Of a DNA stretch of 64,000 nt, positions 17,061-26,162 are shown in pieces. The notes below the pieces were generated by a model. The model was not told the DNA's origin. It did no database searches and worked only from the letters and a program-made list of their open reading frames with translations. This DNA is from a virus. A program made the position numbers and the translations under genes. The stretch covers positions 1-64,000 of IMG/VR virus record IMGVR_UViG_3300049855_000239; one strand, written 5' to 3'. How positions within the stretch are numbered: the stretch's first letter is position 1; the number at the start of each line of letters is the position of its first letter.

Positions 17061-17190
17061 CACTAACATGATATTTAGTCATTTAAGGTCATTCTGGTGT
17101 CGGTTCTGTACTCGCATTCGGTTAGTTTTCTACGGTGGATAAATTCGGCTCTGTCACTCCCTTAAAAGCCAAAATACATGTTCGTTATAC
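17061..17190 (+). repeat. attC-like hairpin, right-most of array
   Basis: CACTAAC-ATGATATTTAGTCATTTAAGG...CGGTGGATA...CCTTAAAAGCCAAAATACATGTTC-GTTATAC. Confidence 0.85.
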
Positions 17191-17196
17191 GATATT

Positions 17197-17517
17197 TTAA
17201 CAGTAGAACGGCAAGCAGTACCAAACATCTTTTACTTTGGTATATATTTCACCTTCAAATGAATCGCCCTCTAGTCCAATGCTTCTTTGGTCAATATAAA
17301 CATCCTTGAATATCCCAAAGCCATTGTTTTGTTTATCTCCTTTTGGATTGTCAACTATTGTTATCTTTTCTGATATTTCGCAGCAGTCAGTTAAGCGATC
17401 AAAGTCTTTTTTAGCTTTTTCACCAAATGATTTTATTATATCATCATTGTGCTTTGCTACCTCTGCATTGTATTCGCTTAGTTCTTTATACATTAAATCT
17501 TCTTCTTCCTTAGTCAT
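17197..17517 (-). CDS. hypothetical protein
   Basis: 106-aa acidic ORF. Confidence 0.65.
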   Translation of the reverse strand: MTKEEEDLMYKELSEYNAEVAKHNDDIIKSFGEKAKKDFDRLTDCCEISEKITIVDNPKGDKQNNGFGIFKDVYIDQRSIGLEGDSFEGEIYTKVKDVWYCLPFYC

Positions 17518-17530
17518 TTTTGGTATTATC

Positions 17531-17761
17531 CTAACAACGTAGTATGGTATCTTTTCCGATACCTAAATGATTGGGTTTTATGCTGTGAATTTCATTGAGT
17601 TCAGATTGATGTTTTTCATCTCCCATACTCGGATCAATTTCATGCTTAAAAACTAAATTCAAATGACTCTTAATTACTTGCGTTTGTTCTTTATTTATTG
17701 TTTCAGCATTACTTACTTCAAAAAACCCTTGTAGCCAAAAGGCAAAATCTCTACTTGTCAT
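17531..17761 (-). CDS. conserved phage hypothetical protein
   Basis: MTSRDFAFWLQGFFE...Q...IK.HL.LVF.HEIDP. Confidence 0.75.
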   Translation of the reverse strand: MTSRDFAFWLQGFFEVSNAETINKEQTQVIKSHLNLVFKHEIDPSMGDEKHQSELNEIHSIKPNHLGIGKDTILRC

Positions 17762-17889
17762 ATAAATGATTGTTTAAATTGTTTTATTCTTCTTTTAACC
17801 AAACTTGCACGTCCCTTTTGGTTTTATCAGTTCCTGTACTGCGGTGTTTTCCATTGTTTTAAAGTTTATTGGTTCAAACGAACCGCCAA

Positions 17890-17986
17890 TAGTGGAACAA
17901 ATGTAAGCACTAAAAAGATAAATAAAAAATCAAAATAATATTTTTTTTAGATTATTTAAATGCTACATTTGCACTGTATTTAAAGA
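17890..17986. promoter_or_regulatory. 97-bp inverted repeat copy 2, divergent promoters driving the array (leftward) and replication module (rightward)
   Basis: Bacteroidota -7 box TACATTTG on each strand; exact reverse complement of 12372-12468. Confidence 0.85.
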
Positions 17987-17994
17987 CAATAAAG

Positions 17995-18162
17995 ATGGCA
18001 AAGACAGTACATATAAGCGAAGAGACGCATTCAAAGATAGAAGACTTAAAAGAAATGTTTAAGAAAGAGATGTTGTTACCTGTTAGTATTAACCAAAAGG
18101 AGGCGGTTGAGATAGCAATAGATGAGGCTTATAAGCGTAGAACTAAAACAGTAAAAAAATGA
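17995..18162 (+). CDS. small ribbon-helix-helix-like regulator
   Basis: MAKTVHISEETHSKIEDLKE...; first gene after the rightward promoter; below ORF-track cutoff. Confidence 0.5.
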   Translation: MAKTVHISEETHSKIEDLKEMFKKEMLLPVSINQKEAVEIAIDEAYKRRTKTVKK

Positions 18163-18453
18163 CAACTGTAAAAAAAATAGGGTGGGAGTTAGACCTAGAC
18201 GAGGACGATGATCAAGAATATGAAACTATTCAAATACTAGTATGAAAACCAAGGAGGAAATAATTAAAAAGTACTTTAAAGACGATCTTTCGGTAATGGA
18301 TGATAACGGGGAATTGACTCTTTTCGGGGAGGTTATCGCATCGGCAATGGAGGAATATAAAGAAGGTTTAAACGAAACGTTAAACGCTTCTAATCATTCA
18401 CATTTGATTATTGATTTTGAAAAAGGAGAAAATAATTTAAACAACAAGTAAAA

Positions 18454-18873
18454 ATGGGATCAGTTTGTAAGGTTATTTTATTGGGTAGGGTCGGGAAGGA
18501 TCCTGAATTAAAACAAGTAAAAGATTCTTATGTTTGTAATTTTTCAATGGCAACAACTGAAAGTTATAAAGATAAATCAGGTAACAGAGTAGATCAAACA
18601 GAATGGCATAATATCCAGTTTTGGGGCGAACAAAGTAAAATAATTGAAAAGTTCGTAAAAAAGGGACATGAGTTATATGTTGAAGGAACTATCAAAACCG
18701 AAACATGGGAAGATAACGGAGTTAAAAAATATGCCGTTAAAATTAAAGGAACTTCTTTTGTTTTAATGAATAACAAAAAAGAAGGTGAAACACATGTACA
18801 AGGCGAATCTAGCCAACGTAGTGAAACGACTATTCAATCACAAGATACAGACGGAGATAATTTACCATTTTAA
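18454..18873 (+). CDS. ssb: single-stranded DNA-binding protein
   Basis: KVILLGRVGKDPE, FSMATTE, TEWHNI, YVEG, C-terminal DNLPF. Confidence 0.95.
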   Translation: MGSVCKVILLGRVGKDPELKQVKDSYVCNFSMATTESYKDKSGNRVDQTEWHNIQFWGEQSKIIEKFVKKGHELYVEGTIKTETWEDNGVKKYAVKIKGTSFVLMNNKKEGETHVQGESSQRSETTIQSQDTDGDNLPF

Positions 18874-18892
18874 TACCTAAAGAAGACTAAAT

Positions 18893-19936
18893 ATGGGAAT
18901 TTTAGATATAAAACCAGTAGTAAGAGGAGAAAGTAAAGTTTTATTAGCTTTTTCGGGACCAAGTGGAACAGGAAAAACACTATCGGCTTTGTATGTAGCT
19001 CGTGGGATGGTTTCTAAGCCATCGGAAATAGGTTTTTTAGATACCGAAAATGGTCGTGGTTCATTCTATTCAGATAAACTAGATGGACAGTTTATGTACG
19101 CAAATTTGAATCCACCTTTTTCGCCTGATAGATATGGGAAGGCTATTAAGGAATTTCAAGATGCTGGCGTAAAAGTTCTTGTAATTGATTCAATATCTCA
19201 CGAGTGGGAAGGGATTGGAGGTTGTGAAGAAATAGCTAACAGTTTAAAGCCAGATGGAACAGAGCGCAAGGTAGCGGATTGGAAGCGCTCCAAAAATGAA
19301 CATAGGACAAAGTTTATGAATGCTTTAATGTATACAGAAATGCATATTATATGCTGTGTTCGTGCTAGAGAAAAGACTGATTTTAAAGAACCTACAAAGC
19401 CAGTTAGTTTAGGTATTCAGCCAGTTTGTGAGAAAAACTTTTTATTTGAAATGATGGCTTCTGTTATGTTTTCAAATGAAGGTAAGAATCAGAAATGGAT
19501 AAAAGTACCTGACTATCTTAAAGAAGCTTTTGGAAATGGGAATGATTATTTAGGCCAAAATACAGGTAAAAAAATAATGCAATGGGTTAGGCTTGGAGAA
19601 AAAGAAGACCCAATTATAACAAAAGCCAGAGGGGAAATAATACTTGTATGTGAGAATGGGTTAGTTGCATTGCAAGAAGCTTGGAAAAAACTTTCACCTC
19701 TTGCAAAAGGTGCTTTAAATCCTGAATATAAAGTTCATGCGGCATCGGCAATTGCGTTTGATAAAGAAAGAGAACGCTTGCATGATAGTATAGATAAAGT
19801 TGACAAAGAAGCTGAACGTATTTATTTAATGCTTTCTGATTGTAAAACGCTTATTGAAGTTGAGGAATTGCAAAATCAGGTCATTGGACACGAAGAACTT
19901 TTTGTTAATCGTAAAGCAGAATTTAAAAATGCGTAG
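18893..19936 (+). CDS. Sak4-like AAA ATPase / single-strand annealing recombinase
   Basis: Walker A GPSGTGKT, DTE, Walker B VLVIDSISHEW; between SSB and exonuclease. Confidence 0.8.
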   Translation: MGILDIKPVVRGESKVLLAFSGPSGTGKTLSALYVARGMVSKPSEIGFLDTENGRGSFYSDKLDGQFMYANLNPPFSPDRYGKAIKEFQDAGVKVLVIDSISHEWEGIGGCEEIANSLKPDGTERKVADWKRSKNEHRTKFMNALMYTEMHIICCVRAREKTDFKEPTKPVSLGIQPVCEKNFLFEMMASVMFSNEGKNQKWIKVPDYLKEAFGNGNDYLGQNTGKKIMQWVRLGEKEDPIITKARGEIILVCENGLVALQEAWKKLSPLAKGALNPEYKVHAASAIAFDKERERLHDSIDKVDKEAERIYLMLSDCKTLIEVEELQNQVIGHEELFVNRKAEFKNA

Positions 19937-20909
19937 CCTACCTACAACCTTCGAACCCGATACAGTACTGTTTCGTTGTTCCTCACTCGGTTATCTAATG
20001 ACAGATAGCCGAGAAAAAACAAACATTGAAAAGTATAACGATGCTATTGAATCTGTTTCAAAAAAGCAAGAACAATACGCCAACGCCAAAAACAAGGAAA
20101 CTAAAACGGCTATTAAACTAGCCGAAGATATTAAAAAACTTCAATTCCAAATAGTAGAACTTGAAAAAGTAAAGCACGAAGAAACATTAAGCGAAACGGC
20201 AAAAACACATTGTATTGATGTGTTTGTCTCGCAAAAGTATAACCGTTTTACAGAACTAAGCGCAAAGCAATGTAACAAAGGAAACGATGTGGAAGATGAC
20301 TCAATTACCACAATCAGCCGAATAACAAAAAAGCTTTGGATTAAAAACACTAAAGAGGTAAAGAACGAATGGATAAGAGGAACGTGCGACATCCACAACG
20401 GAACATGCTTAATTTTAGAAGATGGTATAAACTGGAAAATACAAGCAACAGAAGTAAGGGATGCTAAAAGTAGTTGGGATGCTTACTCTTTTTTTCGGGC
20501 AAAACACAAAGACTTAAAAAAACAATACTATTGGCAAGTATTGGGCTACATGTGGCTTACAGGAGCAAGAAAAGGCAGTGTAGATTATTGCCTCAATAAC
20601 ACGCCATATCATATTGTTGAACGTGAATTAAAGTATGAATCGTACAATCATTTCGAAGGGAATACTCCAGCATGGATTGAACTCCAAATTATTGCAAACC
20701 ATGTTTATGATATTCAAACATTCAATGAGTATATCCAAAATAGGGGTTGTTATGCTACTGACGAAAACGCCTTGGCTGTTAAGGCTGGATTTGTACCAAT
20801 CCCTTTAGAAGAACGTCATTTCAATTTCGAGTTTGAATACAATGAAGATGACATCGATCTGGTGAAAAACAAAATATCACTAGCTAGGCAATACATTTCC
20901 ACATTATAA
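19929..20909 (+). CDS. PD-(D/E)XK (YqaJ/lambda-like) exonuclease
   Basis: FRCSSLG.LM, KG..VE, GTCD, DAKSSW, YYWQV.GYMWLTG. Confidence 0.8.
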   Translation: MRSLPTTFEPDTVLFRCSSLGYLMTDSREKTNIEKYNDAIESVSKKQEQYANAKNKETKTAIKLAEDIKKLQFQIVELEKVKHEETLSETAKTHCIDVFVSQKYNRFTELSAKQCNKGNDVEDDSITTISRITKKLWIKNTKEVKNEWIRGTCDIHNGTCLILEDGINWKIQATEVRDAKSSWDAYSFFRAKHKDLKKQYYWQVLGYMWLTGARKGSVDYCLNNTPYHIVERELKYESYNHFEGNTPAWIELQIIANHVYDIQTFNEYIQNRGCYATDENALAVKAGFVPIPLEERHFNFEFEYNEDDIDLVKNKISLARQYISTL

Positions 20910-21060
20910 AGATCAATTGGAAACAAAAGAAAAAAGATATTCAGAGCTTTTAAACCTTAAAAACTTACTCTCATGTACTACACCAAAATAGAAACAGTCG
21001 CTATATTCTTTTGTTTAGGAATAGCTGGAATAGTAGAATCAATTTTAAACAACTTGTAAA

Positions 21061-21339
21061 ATGAACATAGGCCAATCAATTAGAGAGATACGAAAGTCTA
21101 AAGGGTTGAATCAAAAACAACTATCCGAGCGATGCGGAATGTCATTTAATGCATTGTGTCAAATTGAAACGGGGAGAACGCTTCCACAACGGACAACGCT
21201 TAATAAAATATGTGTTATTTTAAACGTACCAGTTTCTTATATCTATTTCAATAGTTTAGATGAAAAAGATGTACAAGAAAACAAAATACCAGTTTTTAAA
21301 GCCTTAAAAAAGGCAATAATGGAATTTCTACTAAATTAA
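21061..21339 (+). CDS. XRE-family HTH regulator
   Basis: IREIRKSKGLNQKQLSE.CGMS...LCQIETG. Confidence 0.85.
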   Translation: MNIGQSIREIRKSKGLNQKQLSERCGMSFNALCQIETGRTLPQRTTLNKICVILNVPVSYIYFNSLDEKDVQENKIPVFKALKKAIMEFLLN

Positions 21340-21567
21340 TAATTATGATAACATGCACCAATAAACCATGCCCTTTGCGCTACATGTGCGAACGGGGAAA
21401 TGATACTCAAACAGGTGAATTCTTTGAGTATAAAACGCTTAAAGGACACGATAACCAAGGGAATATTAGGTATACCCACGGATGCGACTATTTCGAAAAG
21501 AAGAAAGATATATTTCAGATTTGTGATGAGGTATATGGAAAACTAGAACCAATTGAACTAGAAAAAG

Positions 21568-22143
21568 ATGTTGACTGAGCGTGCGCATGAAATGTTCAAG
21601 CAATCTACCAAGTGCGCTTGTTTAGTTTTTAACCTTCAAAACGAAATAGACGGGTTTGAAGACAGAAAAGAATGTAAACACAAACTAAAAAGGTGGGTTC
21701 GGGATTTATTAAATGAAGTAAATACCGAAATAGATCACATTTGCTCAAAAGGACTAGGATTAAACGCAGATGCCCAGTATCAGTATGTTGAAATAACTAA
21801 CAAACTATGGCACGATATGCCAACAAATCACATGCTAAATACTGGTGTTATCAACTATTCAACTAGGTTAATAATAGTATGCAAGCAGTTAGAAATTGAA
21901 GCGGAAAGGCTTAATAATCTGGCAGATAAAAAGTGTTATCGTGTTCATCCAAAACTTATTAGATTACTTAAAAAAGTAATTGAATCGGTCGAGATAAATA
22001 TAAGTAGTAGGCGAATAGCCGAACTGGTTACGATGCATTTAAAATCAGCAGATGCAACATTAACGTACTTTCTTGGAACTTACAAAGAACAATTAGACGC
22101 AATTAAAGAATATCAAGATGATACGACCAGAATATTACAATGA
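21568..22143 (+). CDS. hypothetical protein
   Basis: 191-aa ORF in operon. Confidence 0.6.
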   Translation: MLTERAHEMFKQSTKCACLVFNLQNEIDGFEDRKECKHKLKRWVRDLLNEVNTEIDHICSKGLGLNADAQYQYVEITNKLWHDMPTNHMLNTGVINYSTRLIIVCKQLEIEAERLNNLADKKCYRVHPKLIRLLKKVIESVEINISSRRIAELVTMHLKSADATLTYFLGTYKEQLDAIKEYQDDTTRILQ

Positions 22144-22483
22144 TGAATTTAGTAGCCTTTACTTGGTCGCATTCAAACGCAAATGGACACCATGGCAGTT
22201 TGATGCAATGAAACGTTTAGAGCGCTGTGAGCAAAAAGGAAGCTTCAAACAGGACATTGAAAAGACTATTACAGTCATCGAGCTTCTTAAAAGTGAATAC
22301 AATCCTAGTTTATGGCAGAAAGTAAAGTTCCTATTTAAAACACCTACGAATAAATTATCAGACCAAAGAGGATGGAATTTTTACGTTCATAATGTATGCT
22401 ATGCGCTAGAAACTGGACGTTATGATTTGGCAATAGCCGAATGTCGCAAGTACTACTTTGCCGTAACCAAAAATAATTTATAA
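22118..22483 (+). CDS. hypothetical protein (DUF3310-like)
   Basis: RPEYY...FDA.KR..R...KG...QDIEK pattern. Confidence 0.45.
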   Translation: MIRPEYYNDEFSSLYLVAFKRKWTPWQFDAMKRLERCEQKGSFKQDIEKTITVIELLKSEYNPSLWQKVKFLFKTPTNKLSDQRGWNFYVHNVCYALETGRYDLAIAECRKYYFAVTKNNL

Positions 22484-22554
22484 ACTTTTGTATTAAATGT
22501 ATACAAGTATTCGAAAGGTTCGTATATTTGTATACATTTAAACGACAACAAAAT

Positions 22555-23115
22555 ATGATAGTATCAGTAACATCTTCAATACATGATTCAAGTACAATGA
22601 AGTTTGTATTAGAATCAGACTCAGACGAATACGGTTTTTATGCAGCTATACTAGTCCCACATGATGGAGAGGATAATTATTCATTCGAAAGCTTAATCTT
22701 TGATTCAGAAACAAGTGAGGAGGATATAAAACGTGCTGTAATTTTTATCGAAAACCATGAAGCCGAAATTATACAGTCGTTATACTCCGAAACGCATCCA
22801 AATTTGAAGGTTTTAGACTTTAAAAAAAGCAATACAAAAGAAATTGAATACGATGACAGAATCGTACAAGTTCGTGAGATATTGGATAAGCATAATTTTT
22901 TCAGCAAACCGTACTGGTTTGGCAATGAGTTTGAAACTTATCAATTCGTTTTGGATTTGATTAAAGGAATGAGCAAAACAAGCGACCTAGCTAAATTGGC
23001 TACTCAAGAAAGATTACACGGGAATACGTCCAATTCTTTGAGAGACCTAAACGTAACGATTGACCTACTAAACGATCTAAACAATGCCAGAAAAGAAACA
23101 ACGTGGACAGCCTAA
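22555..23115 (+). CDS. hypothetical protein
   Basis: ORF after TATATTTG promoter box at ~22523. Confidence 0.6.
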   Translation: MIVSVTSSIHDSSTMKFVLESDSDEYGFYAAILVPHDGEDNYSFESLIFDSETSEEDIKRAVIFIENHEAEIIQSLYSETHPNLKVLDFKKSNTKEIEYDDRIVQVREILDKHNFFSKPYWFGNEFETYQFVLDLIKGMSKTSDLAKLATQERLHGNTSNSLRDLNVTIDLLNDLNNARKETTWTA

Positions 23116-23222
23116 AAAAGATTATACTACCAAAGTAGCGTCTGAAAGAGTTCGTACTGAATGGTACGATTTAGTAAAAAAAGAAATGAAAGATTTTATT
23201 AAAAAACTGAAAGAAAAAGAAG

Positions 23223-25424
23223 ATGGAGTATAGCGAATTTTTAGGGAATAAAAGAAAATCAGTTATAAAGTCTGGTTTTGAGGTAAAGGAATTTAAATGC
23301 AAAACTCTAAGAGAAGATCAAAAATTTGTAATTAAAAAAGGACTCCAATCAGGGCGTTTTGCTTTTTTTCAGGATTGCGGATTGGGTAAAACAGTAGAAC
23401 AGCTAGAATGTGCATGGCAAGTGTTACAATACACAAATAAGCCTGTTTTAATACTCACACTTTTAGCTGTAGTAGATCAAACAATGGATATTGAAGCTCC
23501 AAAGTTTGGATTTGAAATTTATAAATTAAAACAAAATTCAATAGTAGAACCAAAAATATACATTACAAATTACGATCAATTAGAAAATATTGATTCCAGT
23601 TTGTTTGAATGTATAATTTTAGATGAAAGTTCAAAACTTAAAAACGTTGATGGTAAAACTAGGAATTTATTAGTTGAAAAGTTTCTTAAAACACCCTATA
23701 AATTTTGCTTTACGGCAACCCCAAGCCCTAACGATCACATGGAACTTGGAAACCATTCTGAGTTCTTAGGACACATGTCATATGGTGAAATGTTGGCAAT
23801 GTTCTTTGTTCATGATGGTGGTGAAACTAGTAAATGGCGTTTAAGGAAGCATGCAGAAAATGATTTCTGGGATTATGTTTTGAGTTGGTCAATTGCCGAA
23901 ACAACACCAAAAAGTTTAGGATTCGATATTGATGGATTTGATTTGCCAGAGATTAACTTTATTGAACACTTTATAGATGTTGAAGGCGAAAACCTTAATT
24001 TATTTGGAGAGTCGGAAGTTTCGGCCACAGAATTACATGCTGATTTGAGATCAACAATAAATGAAAGGGTATTAAAATGCAAAGAGATAGTTTCGGAAAT
24101 ACCAAATGTACAATGGCTTATTTGGGGATTAGGTAATGCAGAAACTGATTTAATTGCAAAAACTATTGATGGATGCGTAAACGTACAAGGTTCAAATACT
24201 CCAGAAATTAAGGCCAAAAATCTGAATGCTTTTGCAACAGGAGAAATAAAAGATATGGTAACAAAGGCTAAAATAGCTGGTTTCGGTATGAATTACCAAA
24301 ATTGTTACAATATGATTTTTTCATCTTACGATTTTGGATTTGAATTGTTTTATCAGGCAATCAGAAGGGCTTATCGTTTTGGGAATCCTTATTCTGTAAA
24401 CGTACATTTAATTATCCCAAGAACTCAGATTAATGTAAGGAGTTCTATTTTATTAAAAATGAAAAAACACAAAGAAATGATGGAAAAGTTAGCACAAAAA
24501 TGCTTTATCTACCAAAAGAAAGAAGCTGAATTTGTAAAGAATGAAGATGTAAAAACTAGTGATTACTGGTTGATGAATGGAGATTGCGTTGAAAAATCAA
24601 AATTGATTCCTGATAATGCTGCTGATGTTTGCGTTTTTTCACCTCCATTTTCAGAGTTATATGTTTATTCTGATAAAATAGAGGATATGGGTAATTCAAA
24701 GGATTATACAGAATTTGAAACTCATTTTAAATACCTAATTCCTGAGATTAAAAGAGTTCTTAAGTCAGGCCGTATTTGTGCTGTTCATTGCATGGACCTT
24801 CCAATTCAGAAAGGGAAAGAAGGCTATATCGGTCTTAGAGACTTTTCGGGTATGTTGGTTGATTGGTTCACAGAAAAAGGATTTATTTACCATGCAAAGG
24901 TTACTATTTGGAAGAATCCAGTAACGGAAATGCAGCGCACAAAAGCATTGGGATTACTCCATAAAACAATAAAAAAAGATTCCGTAATGTCTCGTGTAGG
25001 AATACCAGATTACGTTTTGTTTTTCAGAAATGAAGGGGAAAATGAGGTACCAATTAGGCACCAAGACATCGACCAATCAAGGCCGGATTATTTACCAGTT
25101 GATTTGTGGCAAAAATACGCAAGCCCTGTTTGGATGGACGTTAACTATTCTCGTACACTTCAATATACAACGGCTCGAGATTCAAACGATGAAAAGCATA
25201 TTTGCCCATTACAATTAGATACGATTGAAAGAATATTGCATCTTTATTCGAATGAAGGTGAAACTGTTTTTAGTCCTTTTGGCGGTATTGGGTCAGAAGG
25301 TTTTCAATCTTTAAAAATGAATCGTAAATCAATTTCTATTGAGTTAAAAGAATCGTATTTTAAAGTAAATGTACAAAACCATAAAAATGCAGCCCTAAAA
25401 GGAACTTTAGAATTAGTATTTTAA
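23223..25424 (+). CDS. SF2 (SNF2-like) helicase fused to N4/N6 DNA methyltransferase
   Basis: DCGLGKT, LDESS, TATP, QAIRR.YRFG; then GDC, FSPPF, HICPLQ, PFGGIGS. Confidence 0.85.
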   Translation: MEYSEFLGNKRKSVIKSGFEVKEFKCKTLREDQKFVIKKGLQSGRFAFFQDCGLGKTVEQLECAWQVLQYTNKPVLILTLLAVVDQTMDIEAPKFGFEIYKLKQNSIVEPKIYITNYDQLENIDSSLFECIILDESSKLKNVDGKTRNLLVEKFLKTPYKFCFTATPSPNDHMELGNHSEFLGHMSYGEMLAMFFVHDGGETSKWRLRKHAENDFWDYVLSWSIAETTPKSLGFDIDGFDLPEINFIEHFIDVEGENLNLFGESEVSATELHADLRSTINERVLKCKEIVSEIPNVQWLIWGLGNAETDLIAKTIDGCVNVQGSNTPEIKAKNLNAFATGEIKDMVTKAKIAGFGMNYQNCYNMIFSSYDFGFELFYQAIRRAYRFGNPYSVNVHLIIPRTQINVRSSILLKMKKHKEMMEKLAQKCFIYQKKEAEFVKNEDVKTSDYWLMNGDCVEKSKLIPDNAADVCVFSPPFSELYVYSDKIEDMGNSKDYTEFETHFKYLIPEIKRVLKSGRICAVHCMDLPIQKGKEGYIGLRDFSGMLVDWFTEKGFIYHAKVTIWKNPVTEMQRTKALGLLHKTIKKDSVMSRVGIPDYVLFFRNEGENEVPIRHQDIDQSRPDYLPVDLWQKYASPVWMDVNYSRTLQYTTARDSNDEKHICPLQLDTIERILHLYSNEGETVFSPFGGIGSEGFQSLKMNRKSISIELKESYFKVNVQNHKNAALKGTLELVF

Positions 25425-25663
25425 TGCCTGAAATTCAGACCGCCCCTTTTACGTTTGAATCAAACGTAAAGCTAACAGGCGAAAAGGTACAGCTAATCGA
25501 ATTCGGAAAGAGTCGGTTAGCTGCTTACAACAAGCTATTCAAAAAGCATCGTTTAACGCATAACATAAAATGGAATTGAAAGCATTTGTAAAATACAATG
25601 GAATTTGGACTCCACTTGTAAACGGTCGAATACATGTGAAATACAGATTTTTAAACACTTAAA

Positions 25664-25936
25664 ATGATAGACAAAATAATTGATACTGTTTTAGAGTATT
25701 ACGACATTACAAGAGAAGAATTGTTTTCGGCAAAAACAACCTATGAGATACATCACGCAAGGAAAATGACAATATATTTTGTACATCAAAAAACAGGGAT
25801 GGCATTTTATAAGATTGCCCCAATTTTTGGAAGGAATACCTCAAGTTGTTTTAAAATTGTCGAGAAAATACTTAACTCTAAAAACAAATACCTGAAAAAA
25901 CAATTGGTCGAAATTGACGCTTTAATTGGTAGTTAA
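25664..25936 (+). CDS. DnaA C-terminal-like HTH protein
   Basis: IIDTV.EYYDITREEL.S......HARKM.IY.....IAPIFGRN.SS. Confidence 0.7.
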   Translation: MIDKIIDTVLEYYDITREELFSAKTTYEIHHARKMTIYFVHQKTGMAFYKIAPIFGRNTSSCFKIVEKILNSKNKYLKKQLVEIDALIGS

Positions 25937-25948
25937 TTGGGAAATTGT

Positions 25949-26074
25949 TATCTTTGTGTACTAAGTAAAACGGCTTAGTCTTCGTGTGGAAGCGATGAAA
26001 GAACTTGTCGATAGACAAACTAACCTCGATTGATAGCTACCTTCCACTAGCTTGATTTCGGGGTTTTTTATTTT
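25949..26074 (+). promoter_or_regulatory. promoter plus attenuator-like leader upstream of the replication initiator
   Basis: TATCTTTG box; GTGGAAG (25986) complementary to CTTCCAC (26041) within a terminator-like stem ending TTCGGGGTTTTTT. Confidence 0.55.
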
Positions 26075-26162
26075 ACAACTATGGTAGTTTATTGTAAACA
26101 TTGCAAATCATATGAACGAGTAATAATGATTACATGTACGTGTATTAAATGCGGTAATAAAT

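Larger units (their letters stand above)
2401..17190. mobile_element. integron-like gene-cassette array (attC-like hairpins, no integrase in window), interrupted by two non-cassette blocks at ~12372-14352 and ~15720-16660
   Basis: 16 complete and about 5 partial TAAC...GTTA hairpins; 16 gene segments bounded by mutually complementary 15-bp arms. Confidence 0.8.

Noticed and set aside
2401-17190. CRISPR array or simple REP/terminator repeats
   Set aside because: Elements are not identical direct repeats with short spacers, lack U-tails, and the segment-specific arm pairing is not explained by terminators.
2401-17990. Complete integron (intI + attI + Pc)
   Set aside because: No tyrosine recombinase ORF recognised in the window and no attI could be identified.
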